A DNA stretch of 63,523 bases, counting the filler, from Diploschistes diacapsis (taxonomy: Eukaryota), in the NCBI GenBank assembly GCA_023645945.1. It is 5 parts of 5 records of this genome, joined end to end, with 100 filler letters (N's around TTAATTAATTAA, not from the genome) between each part and the next. Parts side by side here need not be neighbours in the genome. Positions count along the whole stretch, not along the records: positions 16,253 to 47,292 come from JALAIB010000121.1; positions 47,393 to 55,416 come from JALAIB010001210.1; 3 more parts are not named here. The stretch is one strand, 5' to 3'. The notes under the pieces are model-generated. The model was not told the origin of the DNA, made no database searches, and was given only the letters and a program-made list of their open reading frames with translations. A program made the translations under genes and the position numbers. This document shows, in pieces, positions 38,765 through 51,549 of this stretch; position 1 is the stretch's first letter, and every line of letters starts with the position of its first letter.

Positions 38765-41700
38765 TGGCCAATCTTGCGGCAATGATTTGATGAGAGTTTG
38801 GGTGGGGTGGTCCAGCGTTATTGGTGAGTGGGCGGAGTGTTTCTTTGTCTCTGGCACGGTGTCACGGCCCTCCGCTGGAGTTGCGACGCTCTCCTGCTTG
38901 TCCATATCATGCAAACTTCACAATGCATATGCAACTTGTACGGCGGTGAGCGACTTTTTTTTGGTTCTAGATCTATAGCCACCTAGACTCCAGACTATGT
39001 ATGCAAATACACGCGGGCGTTGCCCGAAACTTCACTGATCACCCTTGTTCCTTGCTCCTCTCTGCACTCTCAGTTAACAACGCTTAATATTGTATTTGGG
39101 ATACCTGATCTTGATTCATCCCGCCAGCAAGCCTTTGTGGGCCGAGTCTATGCTTACTGCCCGTCGGAGTCTTCCATACCTTATCCACGGGCTACTCACT
39201 TGCAATGACTAAATCAGCTCCGCGAAGTACTACGACATCGTGACGCTCCTCGGCTTCTTACTGAATGGTGGCTTACAATTTTGGAGCAGTTGCACAAACC
39301 TGCGGTCTGCAATATGCCACCGATCCGCCTTGGAGTGAACGTCCACTACTATTTGCAAGCATCCAAAGGGAGGCTTTGCAAATTTCGCAGGCTTCTCTTT
39401 AGGGTCACAGGACATATAAAGAGGTTAGATCTCCCCTTGGCCCAGACAACACGAACCTGTACATCAAGCAGCTGGTCTGCTTCAAGATCAGTCCGCATTC
39501 TAGCCTCCTATGTTGATCTATGCCACTCCGGGCAGTTATCATTCCCCCCCCTCCTGTGGAGGTATTGCACCTTGTTCTATCCGTCCTGAACCTCTTGAGC
39601 CACCACAACATCTTTTCTTATGCACTTACTTTTGCACTACAATCGCGATCCTGGCACCTACATCGCAAGCAAAAGGGTTCCTGTTGCACAAGGACCGACC
39701 TGGGGCGTCGATTGGCAGGACTTACAACCTATCCATTCCATCTCCTTAGCTTCACACTAGCAAGCTCCGTTCTTGGCCAGCACTTCTTACCTTTCAAGCT
39801 ACTTTACGACACTGTTCGAGCAAGCTCCCCAAGGCCTCTTCAACATGAGGTTGTTAAATTTAACCCTTTACAGCTCCCATGTCTAGCTTCGTGTACTATA
39901 TGATAATCTGAGTCCTCCTCGTGATATAGCGTCGTAAGAGACCTGTCCTTATGGAGTCCTTACAGTTACTCTACACTCGCGATTACATTACCCAACTATC
40001 AGCTCTTTGATTACGAGCTTTGGTTCCTGTTTCAATGCGATAATGAAGAGGAGAAGGATGCTGAAGATCAGTGCTCATTGTGCGGTTATATAAAGAAGCA
40101 ATAGCACGACCAAGAGTTATACCAAGGTCCTCAAATAGTTGCGGCATTACGGGTTGATCATCAGTCCGACAAAAACGAAGGTTCTGAAGTGCTTATGGAG
40201 GGTCTACGTGAAATGATGAACTTGCTCCCCTATCCTGCGGATGTTGCAGCACTTAACTGGGAAGAGGATGCCATCATTCTGCCCTCGGCTTTCAAGTGCT
40301 CCAGGGCTGGAAGCAAAACGCTGAAGTTTCAGCTGCTTCATGCTCAGCCTTTCGCTCCTTTATCAAGGTGTCCAAGGGCTGGTGACGGAATGCTACAAGT
40401 TGACCGATATGAGAGGTGATTGCTTGTCTGTTTTGGTCTTCTCGGACCCTTTGTGCTCGTCCTTAATGGATCAGCGCGCTTCTAGGATTTCAGCTTGATA
40501 GATCACGAACTCGGTCAACCTTACTGCTGTTACAAGTCATCATTCTCCGCCATTTCACTTGAGACTGAATAGCTTATTTCGCGCTCATTAGGCAAGTTCC
40601 ATTTCCCTCCACTTGCTTGTTGTGATCTTCTAAACAGCTGCAATAGACATCGCGAAGAAATTTCACTACTGATTGCTACGGAACATGAATTGCGTACAAC
40701 GTAGGGGTATGCCAGAAACTGAGCCTTGGGGCACGTTCCTTCACTATCGGAATATATGATCAGACCGTTTTGAGCTTGCCAGTTTAAAAGATATGTTCTA
40801 TTCTCACGAAATAGTGACTGCACACAGAAGGCTCGGAAATCATGCTAATAGATCGTCCAAATCATCTGCAGTATTTGATTGAAATCATTTTCTTCTCCGA
40901 CGATGCCGAAGTTCTAGCCGTTTACCAGAGTCTCAGGCGTACCAAGTCTGTCCAGCTACGAGATCCATCCTAGAAACTTTATCTACCAGTCACAAGCAAA
41001 TCGACCCGCACACTCCGCACTCCAGGTACGATGCTGCGGGACCACTAGAGCGAGGCCACATACAGCGCGCCCTTGCTCCTAAGAGGATTTGGATCATCAA
41101 ACGCAGCGAGCTATAAGAATCTTCAGATTCAGATGCTTACGAGGATGCGAAAGTGATGAAATTGGTCAATACTTACTATCCAGAGTTATTGCCATAATTG
41201 TTTAAGATGGGATACCAATGAGTGAAAATCCACCAGAGCCGTTAGAATTAAATCTAATTCTACGCCACCCTTGTGATGGACGGTGCAGGCACAAGAACTG
41301 GCCTTCACCTACTTTATTGCACTCCGATTGGATATCTCGAAAAGTGGCTGAGTGTATATCTAAGTTGCGTCTCCTACTCTGCTACAAGTTAGCCATATAT
41401 TTTACATGGACTATTGCAGAAAAGGTCTTCGACTTCTGCAAGCCGTTGGTTATCCCTTTCCTCATGCCACTCGTGTGCCCTATGGAGTCCTCTCTGCCTC
41501 TCGCTCAGCGCCTAGCACGCTTCTTGCTCTGATGCGCCTCCAAATGTTGCTTGTGACTTCTTGGCTCTACGTTTTTGGTCTGAGATTTACGGTCAAGATC
41601 AACATGGAACTGACTTCTTGATCTTTTACAAGGAGGACAAAACCTCTGAGACTAGGCGGACTCTAAGGCCTGTTGCTAGCTATTCTTCTCGGCAACCCTC

Positions 41701-44700
41701 AAACTTCGCATTCTCCTCGAGCCGACCATCTATTTTATCAACAGGATTCATAGGTGGACCTAATCTCTAAAGTATCAACTTGAACTCGGGAACAAGCTTA
41801 TGATACTCTGGCACTCTCAGATAGGCGTTTGCATGCGGTTCACACGATTGAGGAGTTCAAGATTCCCGGAGAGCAAGAGAAAGCAGGAACCAAGGGGTGC
41901 TTATTGCGAACGGAACGTCAGTCCTGTTCCCGCGTGCCGCTGAGATTGAGCCAAACATCGTTGTAATGGTTTGCATGAAGTAGGTCGGGGAAAAAACAGA
42001 CAACCAGAAAGGCACGATTCAAGTGAAGAGCGAATTCTCCACCTTGGCTTTCACAACTGCCATGGATGAGTACATACGTGAAAAGCTTCTTTTCTCAGGC
42101 ATCACTGTGCTCTAGCAATGTACGGCCCTCGGCGCTCTAGGGAATATATGAAGTTTCCTCTACATTAGGCGACTTTCTCGAACACCCTGCTACCATTCTA
42201 TACGTGTATCCGGGCTTTCGAATCCTGTCAAGTACCCTCCCCTTCACCCGTCACAATCAAGCTCCGCGCTATGTGGCATTTGCTTGGCTAGGTTGGTTCG
42301 GATATCACGTTATTGTGTCTCTAGCCTCATGATTCGTCGCTTGGACACCACTTCTAGTTCCCATGGAGCAGATCGCTCAAGTCATGGCTAGGTTCGTTGT
42401 AGGTGCGCAAGCGATCTATGAACCAGTACTTTTTAAGGACAGCCGAGCGCTCTAGAAAATCAAGGAGTGGCCTCGATTACAAATACTATTGCATCAATAG
42501 CTCCCCGGGAATTTGGTCCAACCTTCATATTTACCACTCTTGTTCACGGATTATTTTCTGCGCCGGTTACCTGAAAAATCTTACCTCCTGCGGCAGCTCA
42601 AACCTCGTGCGATACAGGAATGGACGGCGAACGATGGACTCAATTTTTCCTCTACTAATGTTCCACAGGCATATCGCGAGATGGGGTCTACTACAATTCA
42701 GATGACTTGCTAGAAAGTGAACATCTGCTCTGTTGGCGCTTGCTCCTCAGCCAGCTCAGCCAAGCCACAACTTTTTGACTACAAGTGTTACGCAATAAAG
42801 AAGAAGCCTTCAAGAGGGAGGCGTGAGCTATGGATTCGTTGAATGTCGCCGGCCCTTCTTCAGCCGCCTTGCCCAACATAGCAAAGGCGTCTGCCACTGG
42901 TTCCAATGTCTTTTCCGGCCCGTACGGACCAGCATCAATCATTCATCTCTCCTGGACTGAACGTTCCCACGACGAGCTCCATTCCTCAGCTGTCCGCTAT
43001 TCTGGATTTGGGGCCATGGGCCCAATTCTAGTCATGACCCACAAAATCTTTCTTTTTGACATGATCTTGGTGTCCAAAGTACACTCTCCTGCATCTAGAA
43101 TTGGATGGCATCTCGAGGATAGCGATGGCAACGAACTCAATTTCCCCCCCCAGATACTCAGCTGCCCAGGGAAAGAGAAATAGCTAATAATGCATTTGAA
43201 TCGATCTGATACAGGAGGTGGGTAATGGACGAACTTCAGAGCACAATATGTTCCCCTGCGCGCTACGACACTTGTATGCATTTACATATGAGCCGAGTAA
43301 TAGCGCCTGACGAGATATCATTGTGCCTGAGCCGCGCATGGGGCAATTACAGCCTGAGGATCGTCGTTTGGTCCTAAAGGCTCACAACGCAGATGATGTT
43401 GTTATGCTTATCCGAATTATACGAGCCTACTTCGCAAAGGCTCAGGACTTACGATCACAAGATCCATGATTTCGACACTCGTGTATGTGATTTGACACTT
43501 GCACTGATATATGAGCCAAGACCTGACCCCAGCTACTGTATCGACCCTGGACGTCAGCATATGCTTGGACGTTGAAGTTAATCCCGCTGTGTTATCTTTC
43601 TCTGACCACTCCAATCACAAAGCGCCGTCATGAGCGCACCACTAAACCCCTGGAGTTCCTCTCTGGATAAAATGACTACGCCGCCATTTTCCCTGTATAT
43701 ATTATCAGGCTATGCTCAAGGGCTCATGTCAACAACTGTAGCATGCATGTTCATTTCTCTGGTCCAGAAGGCCAGGGATGTGAACTTCCAACCTTGAAGG
43801 ATCTATTGTACCTCATTGTTTCAGGTTAACGGCGTCTTGCACAGTTTCATTCCAAGCACCGACTCAGGAAAACCTACTTTCGGTGGGACGATGCTGGGCT
43901 GCAATGCACCAGATTTGAGTTTTGCTGGACATTGAATACTTTGGACGAGTGGAGCAGGTGGGCAATGATTGACTCGAGTCTTTGACGGCTTTGGGGATAC
44001 TTCATAGCTCGTCAAGGACCTCTGTGATAGGGATATCGCGGGTACATGAGCGGACACTTTTTTCAGAGAGCATTGTGCACGAATAAGCCTTATCTGGCCT
44101 CAGAAAGACTCGCAGCCCTCTTGCGCAGTCATCGAATGAAGGCAACGTACATTCTTGTCGTTCTGCAAGATCGCCGTCTCAGGACCTCCTTTCTCGCTTG
44201 CCATTACGCCCGTTTTTTCTCAATGGGCCACTCGTCATGTACATGATCGCGTGCCGAATAGATTATCTTCTCCGCGCTGGGTGTGCCACTGAATTTCTTG
44301 GAGGGCAAAGGCAGGGACTGAGCGGAGAACCAACCGCGGCGTTTTCTTCCGCGGGAATCTATGCCGGCTCTTCTATTTAGTCCGGGCTCGAAACTGTTTT
44401 CGGGATGATTCCTCCTACTGTTAGCACACCCGGCCCAGCTGTCGCTTTTGGAGAAGTCGGACTTGACTGTATGATCAGCTCTTCCTGATAGTCAAGGTAT
44501 AGGAACCATCATGCACTGTCCCGTACACCAACAAGAACCCGTGGGATATTCCAACAGTCTGGCTAGTCTCCTGGCTAATCGAGAAGAGCTCTGAAGGAAT
44601 GCAGTGCAAACCCAAAAATATATGTGGAGAATTCTATCAGCATTTGTGTATGGATACAATAGGTCTTGCCGAACATCGTGGCTGCGTCACTGCACGGCGC

Positions 44701-47292
44701 ACAGAGAGAATAGCTGAAACTACGACTACACGTAAGATGCCATACCTAGTTTCTGGGAGTGGATCAAGAGTGGCTCGTTTTCGGCTTCTGATGTACCATG
44801 TCCTAGAAGATGCAGAGCATTAGGTGAGACATTACACCACCACTTTACAGCCGGACCACACCAAACCCTACGACATGTTCAACAGGAGTTATGGCGATTC
44901 GAGTGCTTCTAGCATGGTCTCCTTCTTCATCCACAAGGCATAGATAGCTTGGACCCATGGAGAGAACTTCGGGGAGTGATTCTAGATAATGACTCCGATT
45001 CCGTCCCCGCGAAATTACCATCCTTTCCTTCCTCCTGTTCCTGAGCTCGATGCTCTGTATCGCTTTCTCCCTTAGCCGCCTGTCTCTTTTCCACAAAGAC
45101 AGCCAGTGCAAGCACTTACGCAATGGGTTCGAGCTGTCTAGGCGAAATTGCAGGTTGCAAACCTCGTGTCACCTTCCTCATCTTGCGCTCATATGGCAGG
45201 GGCTACCGTTGGTCACCTGGGAGTTGTACTGGATTATGGCCTATCAACCAACGAAAACAATCAGAACGTATCTAGTCAGGACAGTGTAAATCAATCTTTA
45301 CCATGGGTCTTGCAAACAAGAGCTTCCGGAATGCCCACCACACTCGCCTATCAAGGCCAAGGTCTAGTAAAACGGCGTATATATGAAGAGAGTTATCATA
45401 GGAATGAGGTAGCTGGTGCTTTGCTTCGAAGCATCCCAAGCATGCCACTACAAGCACCGGGCTTCACAACATCAAGGGACAGTTCGATGGGGCTGGTCGA
45501 GCCGGATTGAACCGGACTGTGAGCTTGCATGGCGTGCTTGGGGCATTTTTCTCGATTTTTCCCTTCTTGGGGTGGAGACTAAACCCTACAGGTTGGAGAT
45601 CAGTATATGAAGCAAGCTGTCGCAGGGAATCGAAGTATTGAAGCAGGGGATAACGGAGCGAGACAGGATTCTCGCGGCACAAGTCGTAGAGACCCACGAT
45701 CAAAGGCACGAAAGGCATTCCACACCTGAACAATCGGGCACGACAATGTGCGACGTACAACGCTGTGGTGCCAACGGCATATGATCTTCCTTGGGGAGCT
45801 TGGCCCATGTTAGCTTGCGCCCAGAGGGTGGCTCGTCCATCTCTTTTTCCGAGCCCAGGGAGATGAACTATGGATACTTTGAACAGCCTGTCTCACGCCC
45901 TTCAAGTCCGGAACAAGACAACGAGCACCTAAATCGATACAACTATACTGCTATGCGTCGATATATATATCATAACGAAGGGTAAGGCGCGGCGTTTCAA
46001 ATCATCCGGAAAGGTGCTAGCGGAACACTTCAAAACAGCCATGCTGGGTTGCAGAGTGGCCGCGATCGACTATGGAGAATAAACCTGACGCCCTAGCGCG
46101 CTCGATAGCGTAAAGTGAGGTGACAGTATGGGTTATATATATATGAGCCTTTGTGCCACACAGTGGTTATAGATGTCGAATTTCTTTTGTGTCCGGTTCT
46201 GTGCTGGATATCTACCATAAGCCACGGACTGGACCGCCGATAGCAAGCCCAAGACAGCTTTTCTTGTTCTCGGGACGTTTCAGGCCTGTGCGATTTCGAT
46301 TCGCATAGCGCATTACCCTTCTTTCCCCTTCTATTGCCTTTTCCTTCTCTTCTTGGAGGAGCATCGAAACTAGCCGAATGGAGGGGGGCCACGGTCGAGC
46401 CAAGATAGCTCCCCCTACGCTACGGCGCCGGCACCAAGAACATGGACTTCTCACGGCCATCCATAGCGTACAGCGGACAGCGCCGTGAAGTTTGTCATGT
46501 ACGATTTTCACTCGCACAACCCGAGCTACAAAGGCACAATGCTATGACGTAGCCAGTCCCTTACCCTCCCAGCAGTGAGCTGCTGTTGTTTCCGGGCCTG
46601 CCGGTCTCCGAGAGCGATGTGGTGTTGTATATGATCTCGGTCGGGACCCTCGGCCGAAACGGGATCTTGAGAGCGTGAAAGCGGTGATGTATAATGACCC
46701 CCATCCACACCCGGAGGAGCCACCTCGTCAAGACTAACTGTCAGGAAGTTGCCCGCCGGCACTTTCTCCGCATGCAGAGAATACGGAACACACGGGGCCA
46801 AAGGAAGAAGAAGAAGAACAAGAGCAAAAAGCTCGGCCAGCTATGCATACCATGGCCCCGCCTTCCTAGCCCCTTCCCTTTCTCCTCTCTCTCTCTCTCT
46901 CTCTCCGCCTTCTTCCGCTGTTACACTCGAATGCGCAGCCGAAGCTGGCCCATCGCTCTTGGTACCTGGCCATAACCCGACCAAGCCCCGGCCTTTGGTT
47001 CGGGTCTCCGAACGCGCAAGCGCTCCACTCGGCCTTCCCCCCCGCCCAACAAAGTGGTACCAGGATGGGCCGGACGGGACGGGAAATACAATTCGTAATG
47101 CGCCTCTGCTTTTGACCATGCCTTGTTCGCGCGTCATTTCTCTTGACAGGCTCCTGATCTTTTTACTCTCGCTCTTTTAGTGGGTCGGTTTTTCACTGCG
47201 GGTTATATATGACTAGGAGGGGGCGTGAAGGGAGAAAAAAAAAGAATCTCGGTACCTCTCCTAGGTCCAACAAGCTCCATCGAATCGGCGAG

Positions 47293-47392
47293 NNNNNNNN
47301 NNNNNNNNNNNNNNNNNNNNNNNNNNNNNNNNNNNNTTAATTAATTAANNNNNNNNNNNNNNNNNNNNNNNNNNNNNNNNNNNNNNNNNNNN
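47293..47392. other. Artificial contig spacer
   Basis: N44-TTAATTAATTAA-N44. Confidence 0.97.
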
Positions 47393-47680
47393 GTGGTGGG
47401 GGTGAGAGTGGACGTGACTGCCATTTTGACTTGCTACTGCAAGAAACCTGGTTGCGATGGAACTTTTGTGTATAAAACACTTTCTCTACGGCCAAACAAC
47501 TTTGTCTTCTCGCCTTTTACTTAACTCCCTACCACTGTGAAGCTGTTTTGCCAAGCTACGAAGACCCCCGCAAGTTTTAACTTGCGCCGCACGACCTTGC
47601 CTCTCTCCTCTCTCAAGGAGCGCCGCATCTTTGCCAAACCACTACTATATCCCAGACTCGACATCCTAACCTCTATCACG

Positions 47681-48774
47681 ATGCCTACAGGCATAATACA
47701 GGTACCTTTCCCCATCCATCCCTCCTCCCCACCTCCCTCCATGCTCCCCTCAAAATTGACGCCTGCCCACCTACCCCACCCACTCAGCCTTCCAACCAAA
47801 TAAAACTCACCAACATCTCGCTCGTGCGCCTCAAAAAAGCCAAAAAGCGCTTCGAAATTGCCTGCTACAAGAACAAAGTCCTCGAGTACCGCTCCGGGCT
47901 CGAGACCGACCTGGACGAAGTCCTCCAAGTCCCCTCCGTCTTCCTGAACGTCAGCAAGGGCCAGCTCGCTCCCGCAGCGGACCTGGCCAAGGCGTTCGGC
48001 AAAGACACCAGTACCGATGATATCATACTCGAGATTCTGAAGAAGGGGGAGCTGCAGGTGGGCGACAAGGAGCGCAAGGAGGGGATGGAGCGGGTGCAGC
48101 GGGAGGTGCTGGACATTGTGGCGGGGAAGCTGGTGGATCCGAAGAGCAAGAGGGTGTACACGCCCGGCATGATCGAGAAGGCGCTGGAGCAGCTGAGTCA
48201 GAGGGCGGCGCAGGCGAGGCAGGAGCATGGTGACGGCGGTGGCAGTGGTGGTGGTGGTGGTGGAGGAGGAGGAGGAGGAGGAGGAGCTGGGACTGGAGCC
48301 AAGAGCACCGGCACGGCAGCGCCGGCCAATGGAGAGGAACCAGACGGACCGGCGAAGAAGGATCTGCCGACGTGGACGGGCGTGGTCACGACAAAGAGCG
48401 CCAAGAGCCAGGCGCTCGAGGCCATGAAGGCGCTTATTGCGTGGCAGGTCGTCCCCGTCATGAGGGCACGGATGAGGCTCAGGGTTGCGTGTCAGATGGC
48501 GATCCTCAAGCAGGCGGTGAAGACGGCCAGCAAGAAGGACGAGGACGCAGCCGGGGAGGGGGAGGAGGCGAAGGCGAAGGGAACGGTCAAGGACAGGATA
48601 CTGTCGTACGTGGAAGAGGTGGAGACGCAAGGCGAGGCGGGCGGGGAATGGGAGGTTGTTGGGTTCGTGGAGCCCGGCGCTTTCAAGGGGCTGAGCGATT
48701 TCATTGGAGGGGAAACGAGGGGGAAGGGGAGGGTGGAGGTGCTAGACATGGCGGTTGTGCACGAAGCGGATTGA
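47681..48774 (+). CDS. SDO1: SBDS-family ribosome maturation factor, 2 exons, with a poly-Gly insertion
   Basis: MPTGIIQ | intron 47702-47787 | PSNQIKLTNISLVRLKKAKKRFEIACYKNKV, FLNVSKGQ, ILKKGELQV, KSAKSQAL, RARMRLRV. Confidence 0.95.
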
Positions 48775-49190
48775 AGGCGGATTATGGGCTTTTTCGGTAT
48801 GGCATAGTGTGCGGTTCGGACACATTGTTTGCATATCAAAGAACCCTCTCTAGGAATCTTAGCTTGTCACTAAACAAACTCTTCCCAAGAAAGGTCTAAA
48901 AAAAATTTTCAGCACCACACGGTAATAGTCACATCGGGCGAGTATTGCATACAAGGCCCTGATATACACGGAACAAACCAAAGCCAGCAATCTTCACATG
49001 CTCAGACAATAAAAACATACAAGAGTTCATGAACAGTGCACCTCAACAAAGGCAGTACTGTTGCTTGAAGCTCAATTTGCACATCAATGAGATACCAGAC
49101 ACTAAGTCGAGAGCATCCGATGCCGGTCCCCAATGCACCATAACCTTTCCTCCATATCCTGGCAGCTCCTCTGGCAACCCTCTCCAACGC

Positions 49191-50616
49191 TTAACCCTTC
49201 TTCTTCGACACACCAACAGTCCTTCCCCTACGGCCAGTTGTCTTGGAGTGCTGACCGCGGACACGGAGGCCCCAGAAGTGACGTAGACCACGGTGAGCAC
49301 GGATCTTCTTGAGACGTTCTAAGTCATCACGGAGCTTGCTGGCCACACCGTTCGCCAGAACCTGTGAGTCCTTGCCGTCGACGATATCGCGCTGTCTGTT
49401 CAAAAACCATGATGGAATCTTGTCTGTATAATATCGAAGTAAGCTTCGTAACCCACCAGCGTCTCTGGAAAGCGATCAAGATCAACGTACACTGCGTCGG
49501 GTTCTGAATGATAGTCACGACACGTTCGAGCTCTTCGGACGTGAGTTCGCCCGCGCTAGAGTTTGAGTCAGTACGTTTGTAAGTTGGAGCAGAAGCTCTG
49601 AAACGCTCACCGCTTGTTCAAATCCACGTCTGCTTTTTTACAGACGAGATCTTGAGAAACGTTAGTTGGAAACTCCAAATGCGTTGAAGGGTACATACTG
49701 CTGTATCTCCTTCCAACGCCGCTGATCTTGGTCAAAGCCGCAGGCCATCAGCAACGTCCAGGGAACCTGTTCGCTTCATCTCTTACCATACATGATCTGC
49801 ATAAATGTCAGCTCCTACTCTGAATAGCGCAAACCCACCCAAGGCATTCGTATATAGCGTCGCATTTTTCCAAATACACGGAGTCCCGTCTCGAAAAAGC
49901 TTTACAATCCAGGCATTAGGCCCGCGCCTTTACACGCCTAGAATCGTGCCATCGACAAAGAAGCGCCTCAGTTCTGGCGCTGCCTTTGCTTTTCGATATC
50001 GCAGAAGGGGTTCTGCAATAGACCAACAGTGTTTATACCAGGAACTGTCTGCACCGGCCGTGCGAAATTGCCGAGTTGCGAGAAATGTAAAAGACAATAA
50101 TATAAGGTCTCAAACTACCCCAACTCTGAGTCGCCGCTGAAGGTGGTTCGAGACCCAATAGTACTGGTCGTCAACCCTCACTGTATTCCTGCATTTGCGG
50201 ACCAAATTTGATGCAAGTCTCGCCAGCCTCGGGGCTCTTGCCGGCCGATCAATATCGTGCAATGCTCTTTATCGAGGAAATTTTGTAGGGAAGGGTGTAT
50301 TTGGATAAACCACGCTAGATACGAACGCCCTGCCAGTGTTTGGTCATTGAGGTTCGCACACACCTTTTGCTTGCCCTAGAATATTCGTCAGCACATGATA
50401 TTTGAACCCATAATTACACGTACATCCACGTTCGTGTTGAGAATTCGCAAACAGAAGAGAAGTCAGTTGATAAGGCCTACATCAGGAGAAGCGGCAAATA
50501 CATGAATTGGAAGTTCGACTTTTCCCCTGTGACGAGCGCTAAACAGACCAAATCAGCCGACATCAGCAAAGAGTTATCTTGGAGCAAGATAACCGTTAGA
50601 CGGCTGGCATACACAT
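49191..50616 (-). CDS. RPS18: 40S ribosomal protein S18 (uS13), 9 exons, 155 aa
   Basis: Exons 50616-50613, 50538-50502, 50451-50424, 50375-50364, 49796-49787, 49737-49699, 49650-49611, 49555-49491 and 49423-49191 total 468 nt. They encode [91 protein letters not shown]...[34 protein letters not shown]. Introns 2 and 5 end in CTG and CGG. Confidence 0.95.
50083..50180 (-). ncRNA. Candidate intronic structured RNA (H/ACA snoRNA-like 3' hairpin or regulatory stem) in RPS18 intron 4
   Basis: GGUCUCGAACCACC pairs with GGUAGUUUGAGACC (13/14 pairs, 50155-50106). ACAUUU lies ~17 nt downstream (50088-50083). No clean adjacent H box found. Confidence 0.35.
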
Positions 50617-51549
50617 TGGATCGGCGACACGTCGTTTGATGGTGGATGCTTCGCGAAATGTGAGTTTCTTGTTCAATAGACAACGACTTGGTAGATATTG
50701 GATTGTGGAAGAACACCGCACTAGCGCGGACGCTAGGGTATGCCGCTTAGTCATTCAGTGACACCTCCAACTAAGCTAGTATTATCGTCTCTTGACCTCT
50801 GCTATTCTTAACCCTCTTACGGTTGTCTCACTTTATGCCCACTCAAGAGCTTGGAAGGCGCTTCTGATCTATCATGAACAGACTTAAAAACTCCTGTGAG
50901 AGCTTTAAGTATCTCATGTTTTGTGATTCGCTTATAATCAGGGGCGAGAGCTCGTAGGATGTGTACTACCGGTAGGGATTGAAAAAGCATATTTTTCGAG
51001 AATCTCTGAAAGGAGTCCAATTCGCTCTACGTGTTTCGTCAATATGCCTACGCCACACTTTCCTTTCTGGCTTGAAAGATCTATGAACGCTGATTCTGCA
51101 GATACCGTTTCAACGCGTTTTATGCGTATTAGGAAAAGCTCCTTCCCGCATCGCCGCATCAGCATCAGCTACCTCCTACGCTTTGCAGCTTTGAGCTTGA
51201 AAAACCCTCTAGGATTGAAGTTTAACAAAGTCTTGTCTTCTGGCCCCTTAAGGTGCTATTTCTTGACCACATCGATCATGGACATATCTGCATCGGTGTC
51301 TCAGTGGTTCCGGAACCAAGAATCTGGCTTTTATGGCAGCTTCGATGTTGTTGTTGGGGCTATTTTCCTTATAAATACCTGAACATCCCCAGTTCTTGCA
51401 TGCTCACTCGCATCTGCCTCTTCTATCCTTACAGTCTCATTGTCCTTCTTTTCTCTGTGTAGCCCTTCCGGTAACATCCTTTTTTTGTTTATTTGTATCT
51501 GGATCTGGTACCGTTTGAACCTGTGCTTCGTGTCCTGATATTTCACTCA

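Noticed and set aside
16253..47292. 31-kb segment as a Starship or other giant mobile element
   Set aside because: No tyrosine-recombinase captain recognised; it carries core genes (TUF1, RAD1, GEP4) and its boundaries are assembly spacers.
50477..50501. Canonical 25-nt GT..TAG intron as an alternative to the CTG acceptor in RPS18
   Set aside because: Too short for a typical fungal intron and it shifts the frame away from LRILNTNVD.
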